A stretch of DNA of 64,000 bases from Longimicrobiales bacterium. Its GTDB lineage: Bacteria; Gemmatimonadota; Gemmatimonadetes; Longimicrobiales; RSA9. Below the pieces are notes generated by a model. That model searched no databases. It was not told the origin of the DNA and saw only the letters and a program-made list of their open reading frames with translations. Location: positions 3,559-67,558 of the forward strand of contig JBBSJG010000001.1 in the NCBI GenBank assembly GCA_038257485.1, in the 5' to 3' direction. A program made the translations under genes and the position numbers. This document shows positions 1 to 7,938 of this stretch, in pieces (the first letter of the stretch is position 1; each line of letters begins with the position of its first letter).

Positions 1-51
1 CTCGAGCGCGGCATCAGCGTCGAGCAGCTGGGGGTAAAGAAGCGTGGCTAA
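1..51 (+). CDS. rpsE: 30S ribosomal protein S5, C-terminal end (partial, runs off the left edge)
   Basis: Frame 1 is open from the window edge to TAA at 49-51 (LERGISVEQLGVKKRG*). It lies directly upstream of rpmD, as rpsE does in the spc operon. Only 16 codons are visible, so the identity rests on synteny. Confidence 0.4.
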   Translation, partial: LERGISVEQLGVKKRG

Positions 52-277
52 GGCAAAGAAGACCGAGACAACGGACGCGACGCCGAAGGCGCTTCGCGTC
101 ACCCAGATCCGCAGCGGCGTGGGCCGTCCGGAAGTGCACAAGCGCACACTGCGCGCACTCGGATTCCTGCGTCACCAGCAGACGATCATCAAGCAGGATA
201 ATCCCGCGATTCGCGGCATGCTGTTCCAGGTCCGTCACCTGGTGCGTGTCGAAGAAGTCGCAGGAGGCGAGGCATAA
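44..277 (+). CDS. rpmD: 50S ribosomal protein L30
   Basis: 77-aa ORF with a GTG start that overlaps the preceding stop. The core LRVTQIRSGVGRPEVHKRTLRALGF is L30-like, and it sits between S5 and L15. Confidence 0.85.
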   Translation: MAKAKKTETTDATPKALRVTQIRSGVGRPEVHKRTLRALGFLRHQQTIIKQDNPAIRGMLFQVRHLVRVEEVAGGEA

Positions 278-723
278 TGTCGGATCTCAGCAATCTGTCG
301 CGCCCGGAGGGCGCACATCGCAACCCGAAGCGTATTGGTCGTGGCCCCGGTTCGGGCACGGGCAAGACGGCGGGCAAGGGTCACAAAGGTCAGAAGGCGC
401 GTACCGGTCATCACGGCACGCCGTCCTGGTTCGAAGGCGGCCAGATGCCGCTGCAGCGTCGTCTGCCGAAGCGCGGCTTCACGCCGCTCGACCGGAAGCC
501 GATGACGATCATCAATGTGGACGACCTCCAGCGTCTCGAGGAGACCGAGGTCACGCCGCAGGTGCTCGCGCAGTATCGCCTGGCGGGCAAGAACGACAAA
601 GTGAAGGTGCTCGGCGAGGGATCGCTGGATCGCAAGGTCACCGTGCGCGCCCACGCATTCAGTGCGGGCGCCCGTTCCAAGATCGAAGCGGCCGGCGGCA
701 CGGCTGAGCTGCTGGAGAGCTGA
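277..723 (+). CDS. rplO: 50S ribosomal protein L15
   Basis: 148 aa. The Gly/Lys-rich N-terminus GRGPGSGTGKTAGKGHKGQKAR is typical of L15. Synteny is rpmD-rplO-secY. Confidence 0.95.
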   Translation: MSDLSNLSRPEGAHRNPKRIGRGPGSGTGKTAGKGHKGQKARTGHHGTPSWFEGGQMPLQRRLPKRGFTPLDRKPMTIINVDDLQRLEETEVTPQVLAQYRLAGKNDKVKVLGEGSLDRKVTVRAHAFSAGARSKIEAAGGTAELLES

Positions 724-728
724 GCCCG

Positions 729-2069
729 ATGGCGAATCCGATCCCGAACCTGTTCAAGGTGCCCGAGCTGAAAGAGAAAATTCTCTTTACGCTCATGGTC
801 CTGCTGATCTACCGGTTCGGCGCGCATATCACCGTGCCGGGCGTGGACATGGTCCGCCTCCAGGCTGCGTTTGCGACCAACGACCTGGGCAGCGGCCTGC
901 TCGGCGTATACGACATGTTTACCGGTGGTGCGCTCTCGCGTGCCACGGTGCTCGCGCTCGGGATCATGCCGTACATCTCCGCCAGCATCATGTTCCAGCT
1001 GCTGGCGGCAGTGGTTCCCAAGATCGAGAAGATGCAGAAGGAAGGCGAGGAAGGCCGTAAGAAGCTGACGCAGTGGACGCGTTATGTGACGATCGTGCTG
1101 GCACTCGTGCAGGGTTACGGCTATGCGATCTTCCTGCAGACCCTGAACGCGCAGGCGGGCGGCGTCACGATCGTTGCGAGTACGGGCTTCGCGTTCCTGA
1201 CGACGACAGCGCTCATCCTGACAGTCGGTGCGGTCTTCGTGATGTGGCTTGGTGAGCAGATCACGGAGCGCGGCATCGGCAACGGTATGTCGCTGCTGAT
1301 CTTCTTCTCGATCATCCAGGGCTTCCCGGGTGCCGTGAAGACGACGTGGGACATGGTGTCCACAGGTGTCATCAGCCCGATCGCCGTCATCATCCTGATG
1401 ATCGTAATGGTCGCGGTGGTCGCGGGTGTCGTCGCCATGACAATGGCTGCCCGCAAGATTCCCGTGCAGATACCGCGCAAGGTCATGGGCCGCGGACGGG
1501 TGCGTGAAGGGCAGAAGAGCTTCATCCCCCTGCGCATCAACTCCGCGGGCGTGATGCCGATCATCTTCGCGCAGTCGATCATCGTCATTCCGGGCACGCT
1601 CGCGCAGTTCATGGGCGGCAGCAGCACCTTCATGCGACGCATGTCGGATGCGATGCAGCCGGGCACGATGCTGTACATGGTGCTCTACGCAGCGCTGATC
1701 TTCTTCTTCACATACTTCTATACCGCGATCATCTTCAATCCGGTCGATCTGGCGGAAAATCTGAAGAAGCAGGGCGGCTTCATTCCTGGCGTCAAGCCGG
1801 GTGCGAAGACAGCGGAGTACATCGACTACGTACTCAGCCGTGTCACGATCGCGGGCGCGCTGTATCTGGCGGCCATCGCACTGCTGCCGTTCCTGGTGTT
1901 CGACATGTTCGGTATCAACAACCAGTTCGGCGGCACATCTCTGCTGATCGTGGTGGGTGTTGCACTCGACACCGTGCAGCAGATGCAGCAGCACATGCTC
2001 CTTCGCCATTACGAAGGCTTCATGAAGAAGGGTCGCGTACGGTTCCGCGGCCGGCAGCGCTTCGGCTGA
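729..2069 (+). CDS. secY: Preprotein translocase subunit SecY
   Basis: 446-aa polytopic membrane protein carrying LGIMPYISASI and GEQITERGIGNGMSLLIF SecY motifs. It follows rplO. Confidence 0.97.
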   Translation: MANPIPNLFKVPELKEKILFTLMVLLIYRFGAHITVPGVDMVRLQAAFATNDLGSGLLGVYDMFTGGALSRATVLALGIMPYISASIMFQLLAAVVPKIEKMQKEGEEGRKKLTQWTRYVTIVLALVQGYGYAIFLQTLNAQAGGVTIVASTGFAFLTTTALILTVGAVFVMWLGEQITERGIGNGMSLLIFFSIIQGFPGAVKTTWDMVSTGVISPIAVIILMIVMVAVVAGVVAMTMAARKIPVQIPRKVMGRGRVREGQKSFIPLRINSAGVMPIIFAQSIIVIPGTLAQFMGGSSTFMRRMSDAMQPGTMLYMVLYAALIFFFTYFYTAIIFNPVDLAENLKKQGGFIPGVKPGAKTAEYIDYVLSRVTIAGALYLAAIALLPFLVFDMFGINNQFGGTSLLIVVGVALDTVQQMQQHMLLRHYEGFMKKGRVRFRGRQRFG

Positions 2070-2125
2070 GCCGATCGACGGACTGTCTGGAAAGGGTCGC
2101 CGTCACTGACGGTCCTGACGGTTTT

Positions 2126-2165
2126 GCGGGGCACGGGGCTCGGGTCCCATGCCCCGCGATTTTTC
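2126..2165 (+). terminator. Hairpin plus T-run between secY and adk (attenuator or terminator-like)
   Basis: GCGGGGCA (2126-2133) pairs with TGCCCCGC (2150-2157) and is followed by GATTTTTC. It lies in the 109-nt secY-adk spacer. Confidence 0.35.
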
Positions 2166-2178
2166 ACGAAGTGACGAG

Positions 2179-2826
2179 ATGATGAATCTGGTACTGTTCG
2201 GCCCGCCGGGAGCAGGCAAGGGAACGCAGGGGACGCTGCTCGCGGAGTTGCGTGGCATGCGGCGCTTGTCGACAGGCGATCTGCTGCGGGACGCGGTGCG
2301 CGAAGGCACACCGCTCGGCGTGAAGGCCAGGGAATACATGGACGCGGGCGAGTTGGTGCCGGACGACGTGATCCTGGGTCTGATCCGCGACATGCTGCAG
2401 GGGAGCACCGAGGCGGGCGCGATCTTCGACGGGTTCCCACGGACGCTGCCACAGGCAGAGGCGCTGGATGGTCTGCTGTCCGACCTGGGCCAGCCGCTGA
2501 GCGCCGTGATGGTGCTCAATGTCGATGATGAGGCACTGGTTCGCCGTCTGAGCGGGCGCCGGTCCTGCCCGAGGGACGGATCGGTCTACAACGTCTACAC
2601 GGACCGGCCGAAGGCGGAGAATATCTGTGACCGCTGTGGCGAACCGCTGGTTCACCGCGCGGATGACGAGGAGTCGACGGTCCGCCGTCGCCTGCAGGTC
2701 TATCAGGATCAGACCTCGCCCCTCGTCGCTTACTACGAAGCGTCGGCGACGCCGGTCCACCACATCGACGGGGATCGCGACATCGCAGACGTGCAGACCG
2801 ACCTGGTCGCAGCGTTGCCGCGGTGA
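2179..2826 (+). CDS. adk: Adenylate kinase
   Basis: P-loop GPPGAGKGTQ, LSTGDLLR, and a lid with CPRDG...CDRCG. The start is placed at ATG 2179 (MMNLVLFG) rather than at the ORF-track start 2149, which would overlap the upstream hairpin. Confidence 0.93.
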   Translation: MMNLVLFGPPGAGKGTQGTLLAELRGMRRLSTGDLLRDAVREGTPLGVKAREYMDAGELVPDDVILGLIRDMLQGSTEAGAIFDGFPRTLPQAEALDGLLSDLGQPLSAVMVLNVDDEALVRRLSGRRSCPRDGSVYNVYTDRPKAENICDRCGEPLVHRADDEESTVRRRLQVYQDQTSPLVAYYEASATPVHHIDGDRDIADVQTDLVAALPR

Positions 2827-3596
2827 TCACGCTGAAGACGGCTGAGGAGCTGGAGGCCATGGAGCGTGCCGGGATCATCCTCGGCAATCTGCTGGCGGAA
2901 GTGGAATCCAGGGTGGCGCCGGGTGTGAGCACAGGCGACCTCGACGATTTCGCGGCAGAGTTCATTGGCAGTCATGACGGTGCTACGGCCGCGTTCAAGG
3001 GGCTGTATGGGTTTCCGCGCAGTGCCTGCATTTCCGTGAACCAGGAAGTGGTGCACGGAATCCCGAGCGCCAAGCGCGTGCTGAACGAGGGGGATCTGGT
3101 CTCGTTCGACGCAGGCGTCATGCTGGATGGCTGGTATGCGGACGCGGCTGTCACGGTCCCGGTGGGGGTGGTGGACGCCGCGACGCAGGCACTGATCGAT
3201 GTGACGCGGGCGTCCCTGATGGCAGGGATCGAGCAGGCCGTGGCAGGGAACCGGATGGGGGACGTTGGCGCGGCGGTTCAGAAGGTCGCCGAGGCCGCCG
3301 GCTTCTCGGTGGTCCGCGACCTGGTCGGTCACGGGATCGGCCGCGAACCCCATGAGGATCCGCAGGTGCCGAATTTCGGCCCGGCAGGACGCGGCGTGAT
3401 GCTCAAGGAGGGCATGGTGCTGGCGATCGAGCCGATGGTCAATGCGGGGACCCACAAGGTCCATACGCTGCCGGATCGATGGACGGTCGTGACGACGGAC
3501 GGTCGGCTGAGCGCCCACTTCGAGCACACTGTCGCCGTCGGGACCGGACGGGCGAGAATCCTGACCCAGGGCACGACGGCAGCCCGGCAGGCATGA
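2823..3596 (+). CDS. map: Type I methionine aminopeptidase
   Basis: 257 aa with MetAP metal-site contexts FDAGV..DGWYAD, VGHGIG, LAIEPM and FEHTV. The GTG start overlaps the adk stop (GTGA). Confidence 0.95.
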   Translation: MITLKTAEELEAMERAGIILGNLLAEVESRVAPGVSTGDLDDFAAEFIGSHDGATAAFKGLYGFPRSACISVNQEVVHGIPSAKRVLNEGDLVSFDAGVMLDGWYADAAVTVPVGVVDAATQALIDVTRASLMAGIEQAVAGNRMGDVGAAVQKVAEAAGFSVVRDLVGHGIGREPHEDPQVPNFGPAGRGVMLKEGMVLAIEPMVNAGTHKVHTLPDRWTVVTTDGRLSAHFEHTVAVGTGRARILTQGTTAARQA

Positions 3597-3616
3597 AAAT
3601 CAGGCGTCGCGCGGCC

Positions 3617-3645
3617 TTGATCCGGCGCGGTGAGAGCCATATATT
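3617..3645 (+). promoter_or_regulatory. Sigma-70-like promoter upstream of rpmJ
   Basis: TTGATC (3617-3622), a 17-nt spacer, then TATATT (3640-3645). This is an AT-rich island in a GC-rich background, and a GAGGG RBS follows at about 3666. Confidence 0.45.
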
Positions 3646-3678
3646 ACATAGCTGTCCCATAAACTCGAGGGCCGACGT

Positions 3679-3795
3679 ATGAAGGTACGCAGCAGCGTAA
3701 AACCAATTTGTGAGCACTGCAAAGTGATCAAGCGCGCCGGTGTGGTGCGCATCATTTGCAAGAAGAATCCGCGGCACAAGCAGCGGCAGGGGTAA
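3679..3795 (+). CDS. rpmJ: 50S ribosomal protein L36
   Basis: 38-codon ORF that is too short for the ORF track. I read it as [38 protein letters not shown], a Cys/His zinc-ribbon pattern typical of L36. Confidence 0.9.
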   Translation: MKVRSSVKPICEHCKVIKRAGVVRIICKKNPRHKQRQG

Positions 3796-3799
3796 GAAA

Positions 3800-4180
3800 A
3801 TGGCGCGTATTGCAGGTGTGGATCTCCCGCGTAACAAGCGTGTGATCATCGGACTCCAGTACATCTACGGGATCGGCAGCACGACCGCCCGCAAGATCAT
3901 GGAAGAGACGGGGCTCGCACCCGAGCGTCGCATTCATGATCTGAATGACGACGAGGTGAACAAGCTTCGCCGCGTCATCGAAGCGCGCTACAAGGTGGAA
4001 GGCGCGCTGCGCAGCGAGATCTCGCAGAACATCAAGCGTCTGATGGACATCGGCTGCTACCGCGGCCTGCGTCATCGTCGCGGCCTGCCGGTTCGCGGTC
4101 AGCGCACACACACGAATGCGCGCACGCACAAGGGCAAGCGCATCGCGATCGCCGGTAAGAAGAAAGCGACTAAGAAATAA
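3800..4180 (+). CDS. rpsM: 30S ribosomal protein S13
   Basis: [26 protein letters not shown] is the canonical S13 N-terminus. The start is the internal ATG 3800 of ORF 3740-4180. Confidence 0.95.
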   Translation: MARIAGVDLPRNKRVIIGLQYIYGIGSTTARKIMEETGLAPERRIHDLNDDEVNKLRRVIEARYKVEGALRSEISQNIKRLMDIGCYRGLRHRRGLPVRGQRTHTNARTHKGKRIAIAGKKKATKK

Positions 4181-4575
4181 TGGCAAATCCGAAGAAGGGC
4201 GTTCGCACCAAGAAGGCGCGTCGTCATGTCGAGGCCGAGGGCATCGCCCACATCAAGGCTACGTTCAACAACACGCTCGTGACGATCACGGACATGGGCG
4301 GGAACGCAGTCGCATGGGCGAGCTCGGGCAAGGCCGGCTTCAAGGGTTCGAAGAAGTCGACGCCGTTCGCTGCGACCGTCGCCGCAGAGCAGGCGGGCAA
4401 GGAAGCGTTCCAGCTCGGCATGAAGCGCATTCACGTGCGCGTGCAGGGTCCGGGCAGTGGCCGCGAGTCGGCCATCCAGGCGCTGGCGTCAGCAGGCCTC
4501 GCGGTGCGTTCGATCCGCGATGTCACACCGATCCCGCACAATGGCTGCCGTCCGCCGAAGAAGCGCCGGGTCTGA
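4180..4575 (+). CDS. rpsK: 30S ribosomal protein S11
   Basis: 131 aa. [18 protein letters not shown] and the C-terminal [18 protein letters not shown] are S11 signatures. Confidence 0.95.
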   Translation: MANPKKGVRTKKARRHVEAEGIAHIKATFNNTLVTITDMGGNAVAWASSGKAGFKGSKKSTPFAATVAAEQAGKEAFQLGMKRIHVRVQGPGSGRESAIQALASAGLAVRSIRDVTPIPHNGCRPPKKRRV

Positions 4576-4580
4576 GTCAA

Positions 4581-4602
4581 TCGCGCCCTGGGTGGGGCGC
4601 GA
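4581..4602 (+). promoter_or_regulatory. Stem-loop immediately after rpsK
   Basis: TCGCGCCC (4581-4588), loop TGGGTG, then GGGCGCGA (4595-4602). There is no T-run, so it is not a classical terminator. Confidence 0.3.
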
Positions 4603-4629
4603 GTGACAGGGAAGCGGGAAAAGGGAAGA

Positions 4630-4666
4630 GGGTTGGAGGGGGATGTAAGGGTTGGAGGGGATGTAA
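4630..4666 (+). repeat. Tandem 19/18-nt direct repeat inside a C-free G-tract block
   Basis: GGGTTGGAGGGGGATGTAA (4630-4648) is followed directly by GGGTTGGAGGGGATGTAA (4649-4666). Positions 4616-4667 contain no C by my reading. Confidence 0.85.
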
Positions 4667-4739
4667 ACCGCCTGGCCGTCAGGTGGGATGAAGTCCTTCA
4701 TTCACGTTACTAGCTGATCAGAAGAGAGACGGAACAATC

Positions 4740-5375
4740 ATGGGTCGTTATACGGGTCCGGTCTGCCGTATGTGCCGGCGTGAGGGACAGAAGCTGTTCC
4801 TCAAGGGCACCAAGTGCTACACCGAGAAGTGTCCGGTGGAGCGTCGTAATTATGCGCCAGGCCAGCACGGCATGGCGCAGGCTCGCCGCCGCAAGTCGTC
4901 GGAATATGCGCAGCAGCTTCGCGAGAAGCAGAAGGTCAAGCGCATCTACGGCGTATCCGAGAAATATTTCCGCAGCATGTTCGTGCGCGCCGCCAAGATG
5001 CATGGCGTGAAGGGCGAGAACCTGCTGATCGGTCTCGAGTCCCGCCTGGACAATGTCCTCTACCGCATGAACTTCGCATCGAGCCGGAAGGAAGCGCGTC
5101 AGATTGTGCGCCACCGTCACGTGGAAGTGAACGGCGGTCTGGTCGACATTCCGAGCTATTCGGTTCGCCCGGGTGACGAAATCAAGCTGCGCAGTGGTTC
5201 GAAGGACATCCTGCCGGTGCAGGTCGCGCTCGCGTCGAAGACGCGCCCGACGAATGTGCGCTGGTTGGCGGTCGATGAGGAAACGCGAGCGGGCCGGATG
5301 GTGGAGCGTCCGACGCGCGCGGATATCCCGCTGGCAGTGCAGGAGCAGTTGATCGTCGAGTTGTACTCGAAGTAG
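4740..5375 (+). CDS. rpsD: 30S ribosomal protein S4
   Basis: 211 aa. MGRYTGPVCRMCRREGQKLFLKGTKC is the zinc-finger type S4 N-terminus, and an S4 RNA-binding domain is present (RLDNVLYRMNFASSRKEARQ). Confidence 0.95.
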   Translation: MGRYTGPVCRMCRREGQKLFLKGTKCYTEKCPVERRNYAPGQHGMAQARRRKSSEYAQQLREKQKVKRIYGVSEKYFRSMFVRAAKMHGVKGENLLIGLESRLDNVLYRMNFASSRKEARQIVRHRHVEVNGGLVDIPSYSVRPGDEIKLRSGSKDILPVQVALASKTRPTNVRWLAVDEETRAGRMVERPTRADIPLAVQEQLIVELYSK

Positions 5376-5385
5376 CGATTACGTG

Positions 5386-5418
5386 CGTCGCCGCTGTTGC
5401 GGCGGCGTTCGATCATTA
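5386..5418 (+). terminator. Stem-loop between rpsD and rpoA (weak attenuator candidate)
   Basis: CGTCGCCGC (5386-5394), loop TGTT, then GCGGCGGCG (5399-5407). This gives a 9-bp stem with one G-U pair, followed by TTCGATCATTAT. Confidence 0.3.
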
Positions 5419-5483
5419 TACGAAGAACCTCATACGGAGACCGCTGACGCGGTCCATTACCGGCGCAAGCCGGGGAGGTATAA

Positions 5484-6554
5484 GTGGAGCTGGATCTCAC
5501 CGGGTTGGTGTTGCCGCAACGGGTGGAAGCCGTACAGCGTTCCGAGGATGGTCGGACGGTGCAGTTCGTCGTCGCACCGCTGGAGCGCGGTTTCGGTCAG
5601 ACATTGGGAAATACGATTCGTCGCATTCTGCTGTCGTCCCTTCGCGGGTCGGCGGTATGGGCATTCCGTATGGATGGCGTGGTGCACGAGCACCAGACGG
5701 TTCCGGGTGTGGTGGAGGACGTCCACCAGATCATCCAGAACCTGAAGACGCTGGTCATCCAGCTGGAAGACGACAAGGAAGAGGCGGTTCTGGAGCTGCG
5801 CGCGTCGAAGGCCGGCGCCGTGACAGCTGCGTCGATCGAGAAGCCGGGCTCGGTTCGGATTCTGAGCACGGACCATCACCTGTTCACGCTGCAGGATGAT
5901 CGCGAGATCAACATGATGCTGCATGTGAACCGTGGCCGCGGCTTCATGACGGCGGAGTCGCATCCGCTGCCGAAGAGCAGTGCAGTGGACCTGGTGCGTG
6001 TGGACTCGATCTACAATCCGGTCCTGCGTGCGAATTTCACTGTTGACGAGACGCGTGTCGGCCAGCGTACCGACTATGATCGGTTGACGCTGTTGGTCGA
6101 GACGAATGGTTCGATTCAGCCGGAGCAGGCAGTTGGTTATGCAGCCGCGCTGGCGAGGAAGCACCTGGAATACCTGCTCCGTTTTGCGGGTGGTGTGGAT
6201 GGCCAGTTGTCGATGCCGGGTGCGGTGAAGGTGCCGACGGCGCTGCGCGACCTGTTCCGCCGTCCGATCGACGAGCTCGCAGAGCTGTCGGTGCGCTCGG
6301 TGAATTCGTTGAAGAAGGAAAATATCATTACACTCGGAGATCTCGTGCAGCGTTCAGAGGACCAGATGCTGAACATTGAGAACTTCGGTATCAAGTCACT
6401 GGAAGAGATCCGCCAGTTCCTGAACGAGCACAACCTGCATTTCGGGATGAAGCTTGAAGAGGGCGAGGCCGGCGATCTGTATCTGGTCGAGCGTGACGCG
6501 TCGGCAGACATGAATACGGAAGCCACGGCCGCAAAGCCGGACGAGCAGGAGTAG
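5484..6554 (+). CDS. rpoA: DNA-directed RNA polymerase subunit alpha
   Basis: 356 aa with a GTG start preceded by [24 protein letters not shown] is present, and the C-terminal domain carries [21 protein letters not shown]. Confidence 0.97.
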   Translation: MELDLTGLVLPQRVEAVQRSEDGRTVQFVVAPLERGFGQTLGNTIRRILLSSLRGSAVWAFRMDGVVHEHQTVPGVVEDVHQIIQNLKTLVIQLEDDKEEAVLELRASKAGAVTAASIEKPGSVRILSTDHHLFTLQDDREINMMLHVNRGRGFMTAESHPLPKSSAVDLVRVDSIYNPVLRANFTVDETRVGQRTDYDRLTLLVETNGSIQPEQAVGYAAALARKHLEYLLRFAGGVDGQLSMPGAVKVPTALRDLFRRPIDELAELSVRSVNSLKKENIITLGDLVQRSEDQMLNIENFGIKSLEEIRQFLNEHNLHFGMKLEEGEAGDLYLVERDASADMNTEATAAKPDEQE

Positions 6555-6558
6555 GGAA

Positions 6559-6912
6559 ATGAATCACAACAAGAAGGGCCGCAAGCTCAATCGTACGGCG
6601 GAGCACCGGAAGGCACTGATGCGCAACATGGCGACATCGCTGTTCCTGCACGGTCGCATCGAGACGACGACGGAGAAGGCCAAGGAACTGCGGATGTTCG
6701 CCGAGCCGCTTATTACGCGCGCAAAGCGTGGCGATCTGCATGCTCGCCGTCTGTGCGCGGCGGCGATTTACGACGAAGACGCGCTGACGAAGCTGTTCTC
6801 GGAGATCGGTCCGCGCTATGCGGAACGTCCCGGCGGCTACACGCGCGTGCTTCAACTTGGGCACCGCAAGGGTGACGGGGCCGACTTGGCGATCATCGAG
6901 CTGGTAGACTAG
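6559..6912 (+). CDS. rplQ: 50S ribosomal protein L17
   Basis: 117 aa. [22 protein letters not shown] is an L17 signature, and the gene follows rpoA. Confidence 0.95.
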   Translation: MNHNKKGRKLNRTAEHRKALMRNMATSLFLHGRIETTTEKAKELRMFAEPLITRAKRGDLHARRLCAAAIYDEDALTKLFSEIGPRYAERPGGYTRVLQLGHRKGDGADLAIIELVD

Positions 6913-6921
6913 GAGAGCGTC

Positions 6922-7110
6922 ATGGCCCGCGTTTGCTACGTATGCGACAAGAGGACGACGTTCGGCAAGAACGTCAGTCATGCGAATAACAAGACACTGC
7001 GCCGGTGGCTTCCGAACCTGCGTCGTGTGAAGATCGTCACCGAGACGGGCAATCAGCGGGTGCGTGTATGCACACGTTGCCTGTCTGCTGGCAAGATTAC
7101 GAAGGCGTAG
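6922..7110 (+). CDS. rpmB: 50S ribosomal protein L28
   Basis: 62 aa. [33 protein letters not shown] matches the L28 family pattern (compare Bacillus [23 protein letters not shown]). Confidence 0.88.
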   Translation: MARVCYVCDKRTTFGKNVSHANNKTLRRWLPNLRRVKIVTETGNQRVRVCTRCLSAGKITKA

Positions 7111-7136
7111 ATCCGCCTGATGGCAGGAGCAGGAGA

Positions 7137-7172
7137 GTCCGGCATCCCAAAGGGTGTCGGGCTTTCTCATTT
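7137..7172 (+). terminator. Rho-independent terminator candidate ending the ribosomal gene string
   Basis: GTCCGGCATCCC (7137-7148), loop AAA, then GGGTGTCGGGC (7152-7162). The stem has one bulge and G-U pairs and is followed by TTTCTCATTT. Confidence 0.5.
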
Positions 7173-7191
7173 GAGGGATGATTCTGCATTG

Positions 7192-7938
7192 ATGAGAGTC
7201 GCTGTCACTCGCCCGCGTGAGCGGACGGGTCGGACCTGCCGCGTGCTGCGCGAACACGGTTTCAGTGCATTGCAGCGCAGTCTGCTGCGGTTCGAGATCG
7301 ACAGGGGTCTGATGTCCGCGGCGTCCGACCTGGACGGCGTGGCGTGGGTGGTGTTCACCTCTGCGGAAGCGGTGCACGCGATGTCCGCGACCAGGCGCGC
7401 GGGTGGCTGGATCTGGCCGGCGGGTCTGCGTGCGGCGTGCGTTGGTCCGGCAACTGCGAAAGCCGCTGCGGATGCGGGCCTCGATGTAGGCGTCATGCCG
7501 CGGCACTACGATGGTGCGTCACTGACCGCGTCACTTCTTGCAGAGACGGATGTCAGGGGCTCGCGGTTCTTCTGGCCGCGCGCGGAAGCGGCCAACACCG
7601 GGCTGGCGGACATGCTGAGGGCGGCAGGCGGGGAGGTGCATGACGTCGTCGCCTACAGGGCGGTTCCGCACGCATGCGGCGGATTGCGGCTGCAGCGGGA
7701 CATGGCGGCCGATCGGATCGAGGCAGTGCTGTTCTTCTCGCCTTCGGCCGTGGACGCATACATGGACATGGTAGGCCGGACGGATGCGGTGGTCGGCGTG
7801 CTGGGAGGATCGACGGGCGCGCGCGCGCGGGCGCGCGGCCTGCCGGTGCACGTACAGCCCGCGACACATACTATTACTGCCCTTGCGGGGGCGCTTCGCG
7901 ACTATGCGAAGCGAGAGCGCCGGACGGAATCGGAATGA
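7192..7938 (+). CDS. hemD: Uroporphyrinogen-III synthase
   Basis: This is the HemD two-lobe pattern: MRVAVTRP..., VVFTSAEAV, ACVGPATAKAAADAG and LFFSPSAVDAY. The start is placed at ATG 7192, downstream of the terminator; the ORF track begins at 7120. Confidence 0.7.
   Translation: MRVAVTRPRERTGRTCRVLREHGFSALQRSLLRFEIDRGLMSAASDLDGVAWVVFTSAEAVHAMSATRRAGGWIWPAGLRAACVGPATAKAAADAGLDVGVMPRHYDGASLTASLLAETDVRGSRFFWPRAEAANTGLADMLRAAGGEVHDVVAYRAVPHACGGLRLQRDMAADRIEAVLFFSPSAVDAYMDMVGRTDAVVGVLGGSTGARARARGLPVHVQPATHTITALAGALRDYAKRERRTESE

Noticed and set aside
411-2009. Long antisense ORF (532 aa, - strand) opposite rplO/secY. Many similar ones occur, for example 16040-17026, 18053-19105, 20060-21640, 22849-24282, 36262-37815, 40511-41911, 53307-54656, 56826-58355 and 62134-63996.
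   Set aside because: These are shadow ORFs, expected in GC-rich DNA where the antisense frames of GC3-rich genes lack stop codons. Their translations are Arg/His/Asp/Gln-rich low-complexity sequence with no family motifs. Each lies fully inside a confidently identified + strand gene.
4609-4666. Possibility that the G-rich tandem repeat, or the other short tandem repeats (51466-51492, 58129-58176), are CRISPR arrays or mobile-element ends.
   Set aside because: There are only 2-4 contiguous copies, no unique spacers, and the unit lengths are 9-19 nt. No cas genes, transposase, integrase or flanking target-site duplications occur anywhere in the window.
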